From: a virus | IMG/VR virus record: IMGVR_UViG_3300042471_000228 | Span: 1 to 64,000 of that record | Reading direction: 5' to 3' (one strand) | Length of the DNA stretch: 64,000 bases | Shown: one piece after another, positions 59,572-64,000 of the stretch | Layout: each line of letters begins with the position of its first letter | Numbering within the stretch: position 1 is the stretch's first letter | Position numbers and translations under genes: made by a program | The notes under the pieces: generated by a model | Told to the model about the DNA's origin: nothing | Seen by the model: the letters and a program-made list of their open reading frames with translations, nothing else | Database searches by the model: none

Positions 59572-59712
59572 TTACTTTTTTTGTGTTGTAGGATTTAATA
59601 GTTTACTCTTCATGCTATTAATACACTTAGAACATCCTACTTTTCCGTCTGGTGTTACTCTTTTTTGACATCCGCAACTCATTGTTGCTTTACAATTTGG
59701 ACAAGTACTCAT
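59572..59712 (-). CDS. 46-aa Cys-rich protein (not in ORF track)
   Basis: MSTCPNCKATMSCGCQKRVTPDGKVGCSKCINSMKSKLLNPTTQKK*; six Cys (CxxC, CxC, CxxC). Confidence 0.75.
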   Translation of the reverse strand: MSTCPNCKATMSCGCQKRVTPDGKVGCSKCINSMKSKLLNPTTQKK

Positions 59713-59732
59713 ATTTGTTGGTTTTTAAAGGG

Positions 59733-60290
59733 TTAACATGTTTCACATCCGCAGTTACAACTAAGCTTAGTCAATCTAGACATTACGTAGTTATAGATGT
59801 CCATTCCTTGTTTAGGATTGTGGCAATACTCTACTTTTGCTTTTGCTGCTTCTAACATAGTTTGTAGCAAATTTAGTTCACGCATCTTATCTTTCAAAGG
59901 TTGAATAGGTTCACAGTTAGGAACATCTAAACAACAGAGTATAGTTTGAATCTTAGCTAGTGCTGCAGTAATACGTAAATGATTGTATTCTACATATACG
60001 TATTCATTAGGAGCTACGCTGTATTTAATAGCATATATACCGTCGGGAATACTATTACGAACAGTTGTGCAGTTTGTTGTTTGTAAATCCAAGTCACAAG
60101 CTGTAAGACTCAAATTGAATCCGGAACTTGTTGGATAGTAAGCAACAGCGTTTGTGTATCCTGGTGCAAGAACTTCAAGAGTTAATGATCCAGGAGTCAT
60201 ACTAGGATCGTATGTACTAGTGTCTACCACTCTGAGAATACAAGTATTCAAAGTGTTAGGCATATCTAAAGATAAAAGATGTTTTGCCAT
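59733..60290 (-). CDS. Structural protein, tail hub/collar-like
   Basis: D.S.Y and IPDGIY.IKYSV motifs, helical C-terminus ending CxCxCxxC; leads the fibre operon. Confidence 0.5.
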   Translation of the reverse strand: MAKHLLSLDMPNTLNTCILRVVDTSTYDPSMTPGSLTLEVLAPGYTNAVAYYPTSSGFNLSLTACDLDLQTTNCTTVRNSIPDGIYAIKYSVAPNEYVYVEYNHLRITAALAKIQTILCCLDVPNCEPIQPLKDKMRELNLLQTMLEAAKAKVEYCHNPKQGMDIYNYVMSRLTKLSCNCGCETC

Positions 60291-60310
60291 ATACTATTAA
60301 ATTACAAAAT
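60291..60310 (-). promoter_or_regulatory. Putative phage promoter motif (TTTGTAATTTAATAGTA)
   Basis: Lies between a terminator and the 185-aa gene start. Confidence 0.5.
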
Positions 60311-60329
60311 TAATCACAATAAATGAAAT

Positions 60330-60364
60330 AAAAAAGGGTGAGATTTGATTCCCACCCTTTTTTT
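60330..60364 (-). terminator. Rho-independent terminator (potentially bidirectional)
   Basis: aaaaaagggtg...caccctttttt inverted repeat downstream of the 540-aa gene. Confidence 0.8.
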
Positions 60365-60380
60365 ATAGTCAGTAAATAGA

Positions 60381-62003
60381 TTAAGGAATAATAGGAGCTG
60401 CTACGTTAAATGGAGCATAAGTACAACCATCAGCACAGTTAATAGGTACTAAACGATTACTACTAAATGTAGCAATGCAACCTGAATTAGCATTGTTTAA
60501 CCAATCTTCCATAAATCCTTCAAATGTTGCTAAACTTGATTCAACTGCGTCAACAACAAATTCTAAGTAATTACCTGCAACTACTGTTTCAGCATTACCG
60601 ATAGTAATTTCATACATACCTTCGTATAAACCAGAAGTATTAGGAGTTGGTGCAATAGCAGTTACGTTAGAACCACTATCAGTACCATCAATATACATAG
60701 ACTGTCCAATAACAATACCAGAAGTATTCCATACATATACAGTTGTAGATGCGCTATCTGCAGCAGCATACTTAGAAACTCTTGGTACCAAGATCTCTAA
60801 CAAATATTGATCGTTATCAAAAGTACCACTTGGGTTATTAAAACGAGGAACATTATGTTGGATATAGTAACGAGTATAAGTACTAGTACGAGAGATAGCA
60901 TCTTTAACATCATCACCATTAGTGATTTCACGAATACGCAAATCAGTTCCAGTATAGAAAGGTTGTTGCATGTAAGCTTCAGTCATGATCAAATCACGAA
61001 TAGCAGATTCACCGAATCCAGTACCTTGATTACCAGCACAAACATTAGCTACACAAATTCCACCAAATGCACAAGGATCGCCATTCAAATCTACTTCAGA
61101 AGCATATACTTTAACTGGCTCCAAGAAAGCAATGATAGAATCACTAGGATAGAAAGTACAATCGTTGAAACGAGTATCAACATAAGCACCAGTGATAATC
61201 AAACCAGCACGACCAAGACCTGGAGTAACAGTACCACCTGAAACAGTATCATAGTTTACAACAGCAGGAAGAGGATCAGTACCGTTAATATAATTCTCTA
61301 ATTGCTCCAAGTTTGCTTTAGAATTAGTACCATCTGTACCAGCAAGTTCTTGCCATGCTGCAGTTGCAGGATCTGTACTATAAGTAATACGAACTTGAAT
61401 GAATGGAGCAATCAAAGGAGAATTCAACAACTGATAAGCCCATTGTACATAAACAATCAAAGGATTAACTGGTGCTCCGATTCCATCAACACCTTCAGCA
61501 CAACATCCTGTATAAGCAGCTGCTGTATAATAAGTGTTACGAGTCAAGAAACGCAATACAGGAGAACCTTTGATATCAACACGCAAGTTGTAAGTGCTGT
61601 TACACAAGAACTCACGGTTAACAACAGTTCCTGAATTAAGATTGCAATCATAGGTTTCAGAATTACTTCCTACAGTAATTTGCATCTGCTGCAAAGGACA
61701 AGGATTAACCTTATAGAATGCAGAAACATACTTAGGATTAATAGTCTTAGACTTTACAGATTCAGAATAACCACCTGCAAAAGGACCGATTTTATCGTTT
61801 TCTAAGTGAATTGATGCTGACGCTAATACAAGTGGACACTTCAATGCAGAACTTGTATCTACATCTGCAGGTACTTCCCAAGTTTTAGGGTCAACAAAAG
61901 CAAACTGACCAGCAGCCAATTCACTAGTTTTTGTTCCTGAGGAACTAACAAAACCATTCGTTCCTACGAAAGTTTTGTTAAAGGCATGATTAAAATAACT
62001 CAT
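60381..62003 (-). CDS. Abundant structural protein, probable capsid auxiliary/decoration protein (540 aa)
   Basis: Beta-rich; own upstream AT-rich motif and terminator; strong CGT bias; synteny near head genes. Confidence 0.55.
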   Translation of the reverse strand: MSYFNHAFNKTFVGTNGFVSSSGTKTSELAAGQFAFVDPKTWEVPADVDTSSALKCPLVLASASIHLENDKIGPFAGGYSESVKSKTINPKYVSAFYKVNPCPLQQMQITVGSNSETYDCNLNSGTVVNREFLCNSTYNLRVDIKGSPVLRFLTRNTYYTAAAYTGCCAEGVDGIGAPVNPLIVYVQWAYQLLNSPLIAPFIQVRITYSTDPATAAWQELAGTDGTNSKANLEQLENYINGTDPLPAVVNYDTVSGGTVTPGLGRAGLIITGAYVDTRFNDCTFYPSDSIIAFLEPVKVYASEVDLNGDPCAFGGICVANVCAGNQGTGFGESAIRDLIMTEAYMQQPFYTGTDLRIREITNGDDVKDAISRTSTYTRYYIQHNVPRFNNPSGTFDNDQYLLEILVPRVSKYAAADSASTTVYVWNTSGIVIGQSMYIDGTDSGSNVTAIAPTPNTSGLYEGMYEITIGNAETVVAGNYLEFVVDAVESSLATFEGFMEDWLNNANSGCIATFSSNRLVPINCADGCTYAPFNVAAPIIP

Positions 62004-62062
62004 AGTTTTTTGTTTTTATAAATATATAAGTAATATAAGAAAGCTTTCTAAACTTTCCAAAT

Positions 62063-62488
62063 TTATTTCAAGAAAATTAACTTGTATTTAGTACTGTTAA
62101 TCAATGACTTAATCTCATCGATTGTGTTTATGATCTCTGAATGTTCACACATATCCTGAACCTTATTGCACATGTCATAAAGACCACGAAGATAAGTAAC
62201 ACATTCTTCCGGAGTACTACATTTTGCTAGTTCAGCTGATGTAGGAAATTCTAGTAACTTCTCACTAAGACCTTGCCATTGTTCAGCAAGACTATCAGCA
62301 AAGTCACCAACTTCATCATAAAATGCACCCATTGTCATGTGTGCTGAATAACTTGTTGTTTTTAAATGTGCGATATGAATTTTAGTTACTCCATTTAGTA
62401 ACTCAAATGTAAGAGCTGTGATAGCTCCCGTCATTTGTTTCATTGCATTTCCGGTAGCTCCACCACCTTCAATTTTCAATTGTCTCAT
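62063..62488 (-). CDS. Ferritin/Dps-like four-helix protein (DUF5856-like)
   Basis: HIAH..T.SYSAH...FYD...D.LAE.WQG and DEI..LI..TKYKL signature. Confidence 0.75.
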   Translation of the reverse strand: MRQLKIEGGGATGNAMKQMTGAITALTFELLNGVTKIHIAHLKTTSYSAHMTMGAFYDEVGDFADSLAEQWQGLSEKLLEFPTSAELAKCSTPEECVTYLRGLYDMCNKVQDMCEHSEIINTIDEIKSLINSTKYKLIFLK

Positions 62489-62490
62489 TA

Positions 62491-63198
62491 TTAACTATTT
62501 TCTTGTACTGATTGTTGGGATACTTGATATTGAGTCATGTATTCAATATCTCCGGAAAGAATGTTAACCGCAGCATCTACTAGAATCTCAGCAATATCAT
62601 CTTTAAATTCACAAAGTACATCTGTTGTAGACTGGGTTGTTGTATAAGGATCTACACATCCATTTAATTCCACAAAAGTAGGAAGTCTATAATACATGAG
62701 TTTAACCTCATGCATTTCAAAATCATTGTTTGTATAGATACGAACTTTGTTACCTACTAGGGTACAGAAGGTTTCTCCCCATTCAAAACTAGGTTTTTTT
62801 AACTCGTCTGATAGGAGTAATGGAACATTCTCTTCCTCTGCAAGGTATGTAATAGTCATTGCCATAGGATTGTCACAACAACCTTTATTAGCATGACCAT
62901 TAATACGTTTAAAGAATAAGTAATCTGCAGGAAGATCATCAGACTCCATATAAAGATCTTTCTTTTTTAGAGTTACGTTCTTTTCCTTTAGTAATCTTTG
63001 CAAGTCATCAATGCGCATTTTAGTTTGCTCATCACCAGTTTTGGTGATATTTACACCTTGTACTTGACGACGTATCCACTCTACTTGAGCTTTATTAAAT
63101 GCTTCAACGATCTGCCAACATTGTAGATTGTCATAATCCTGACTATCTAACTTGTTCAGACGTTGTTTAATTTTTAACTGTAGAGTAGTGTTATTCAT
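62491..63198 (-). CDS. Head-tail adaptor / ring protein
   Basis: LNKLDS..FNKAQ..R.DDL..L, LPADY, Y.R.P and EI.VD.AV pattern typical of crAss-like ring proteins. Confidence 0.6.
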   Translation of the reverse strand: MNNTTLQLKIKQRLNKLDSQDYDNLQCWQIVEAFNKAQVEWIRRQVQGVNITKTGDEQTKMRIDDLQRLLKEKNVTLKKKDLYMESDDLPADYLFFKRINGHANKGCCDNPMAMTITYLAEEENVPLLLSDELKKPSFEWGETFCTLVGNKVRIYTNNDFEMHEVKLMYYRLPTFVELNGCVDPYTTTQSTTDVLCEFKDDIAEILVDAAVNILSGDIEYMTQYQVSQQSVQENS

Positions 63199-63200
63199 GA

Positions 63201-63389
63201 TTACTTACGTTTTTTTACAGCTCCTCCTTTCTTCATAGAGGACTTCTTTGCACCGACAATTCTATCAGCTGCTGTAGGTTTAGGATTATTATCCACACCT
63301 GCTTTTACTGAAAGCATTCCGAAAGATGTAGACCCACCAGATTTCATTTTCTTCATGGATCCACCACATTGCATACATTTCTTTTTCAT
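63201..63389 (-). CDS. Small Lys-rich protein with xxGG motifs
   Basis: MQCGG, MKSGG, MKKGGAVKKRK. Confidence 0.75.
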   Translation of the reverse strand: MKKKCMQCGGSMKKMKSGGSTSFGMLSVKAGVDNNPKPTAADRIVGAKKSSMKKGGAVKKRK

Positions 63390-63391
63390 AA

Positions 63392-63535
63392 TTATTTATT
63401 TTTTGCGATTCGTTTTAAAGTTTTAGCAAGTGCTTTCCTCTTAGGAGTACACGTAGGTTTAGTCATTGGAGTACAATAACCCTTGTGTTCTGGGTTGATT
63501 GCTTTTTGAATCCATTTTTTATCTTTCTTCGCCAT
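63392..63535 (-). CDS. Small basic protein, 47 aa (not in ORF track)
   Basis: MAKKDKKWIQKAINPEHKGYCTPMTKPTCTPKRKALAKTLKRIAKNK*. Confidence 0.75.
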   Translation of the reverse strand: MAKKDKKWIQKAINPEHKGYCTPMTKPTCTPKRKALAKTLKRIAKNK

Positions 63536-63541
63536 AGTGTT

Positions 63542-63793
63542 TTAACACTTCCATTTACGGAGTGACTTATTAATTCTGCTGTTAGGATCATTAGCTGTCT
63601 TAGATGAGGTATTCTTCTTCTTCATACCTTCCATTCTAGCACAGAATGATCTCTTTCTAGGACCACCTTCTGGTTGTGGTGCTTTTAAATCTGAACCAGG
63701 ATTCTGTCTTTCATAAGACTTTCTTCCTTTTTCATTAAGACCACCAGAAGGTGACTTACCAGCTTTACGAGTCCATGCAGCAGATTTCGCCAT
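63542..63793 (-). CDS. Small basic phage protein (DUF6321-like)
   Basis: AWTRK.GK...GGLN.KGR, RSFCARM, SRINKSLRKWKC. Confidence 0.75.
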   Translation of the reverse strand: MAKSAAWTRKAGKSPSGGLNEKGRKSYERQNPGSDLKAPQPEGGPRKRSFCARMEGMKKKNTSSKTANDPNSRINKSLRKWKC

Positions 63794-63939
63794 TACTTCT
63801 TTTTCTTACGCATTAGCATTTTCTCGCGCTTCTCTTCTTTCTTACCCTCAGTCTTTTCATGCTTCATAGCAGCAGACTTAGAAGAATAGCGCTCTTCTGC
63901 TTTAGTACCTTTGTACTCAATGATCTTTTTCTTTTTCAT
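63793..63939 (-). CDS. Small basic protein, 48 aa (not in ORF track)
   Basis: MKKKKIIEYKGTKAEERYSSKSAAMKHEKTEGKKEEKREKMLMRKKKK*; TAATG coupling. Confidence 0.7.
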   Translation of the reverse strand: MKKKKIIEYKGTKAEERYSSKSAAMKHEKTEGKKEEKREKMLMRKKKK

Positions 63940-63940
63940 A

Positions 63941-64000
63941 TTACAATCCTTCTAAAAATTCAGTTGTTAAATCTTCCCATTCTCCAACACTATTATATTT
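63941..64000 (-). CDS. 3' end of an upstream gene (truncated by window)
   Basis: Open frame KYNSVGEWEDLTTEFLEGL* ending 1 nt before the next ATG. Confidence 0.5.
   Translation of the reverse strand, partial: KYNSVGEWEDLTTEFLEGL

Noticed and set aside
2320-61634. The many + strand ORFs of 60-199 aa, and short out-of-frame minus ORFs, nested in long genes (e.g. 24197..24796, 13104..13535, 60807..61241)
   Set aside because: Shadow ORFs with S/L/F/I-rich composition and no recognisable motifs, fully overlapping well-supported genes.
60381-62003. Major capsid protein
   Set aside because: No recognisable HK97-type MCP features; more consistent with an accessory protein, with MCP, portal and terminase probably beyond base 64000. 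Not excluded without a structure search.
1-64000. Stop-codon reassignment (TAG or TGA), known in some Crassvirales
   Set aside because: Giant ORFs are intact in code 11, and both TAG (e.g. 31145, 56364) and TGA (e.g. 4922, 6590) end genes close to the next start or intergenic gap.
1-64000. tRNA or rRNA genes
   Set aside because: Intergenic gaps are short and none showed a cloverleaf or T-loop signature.

Overview
This AT-rich window is the virion morphogenesis region of a large crAss-like (Crassvirales-related) phage, most likely infecting Bacteroidota. It uses the standard genetic code and has many TAATG/ATGA gene overlaps. Bases 1-1362 (+) are the end of a convergent nucleotide-metabolism arm: an acidic ORF, a probable all-alpha NTP pyrophosphatase and a MazG/PRA-PH-like gene. 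Everything from 1435 onward is on the minus strand. In transcription order (right to left) it holds small basic proteins, a ring/adaptor-like gene, a ferritin/Dps-like gene, a 540-aa probable capsid-accessory protein, Cys-rich fibre-like genes (one with Asp-box and VWA domains), an HU/IHF-like gene, ring proteins, a 1732-aa tail stabilisation/muzzle-type protein, four cargo-type proteins, three giant ejection-type proteins (2499, 3342 and 2340 aa), an unusually large lysis cassette, more small basic proteins and a free-standing GIY-YIG endonuclease. The 3342-aa protein is a virion RNA polymerase with a DFDID motif. The strongest novel-looking signal is a short [hydrophobic/K]-[Q/K/R]-x-G-G motif that recurs about 20 times in the cargo and small basic proteins. 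It separates the enzyme modules (zincin, PG-binding, CHAP-like, SLT-like, lysozyme, toxin-like) of a 2258-aa protein, which suggests a di-glycine processing or packaging system for injected effectors. All product calls come from motif recognition by eye; no searches were run.
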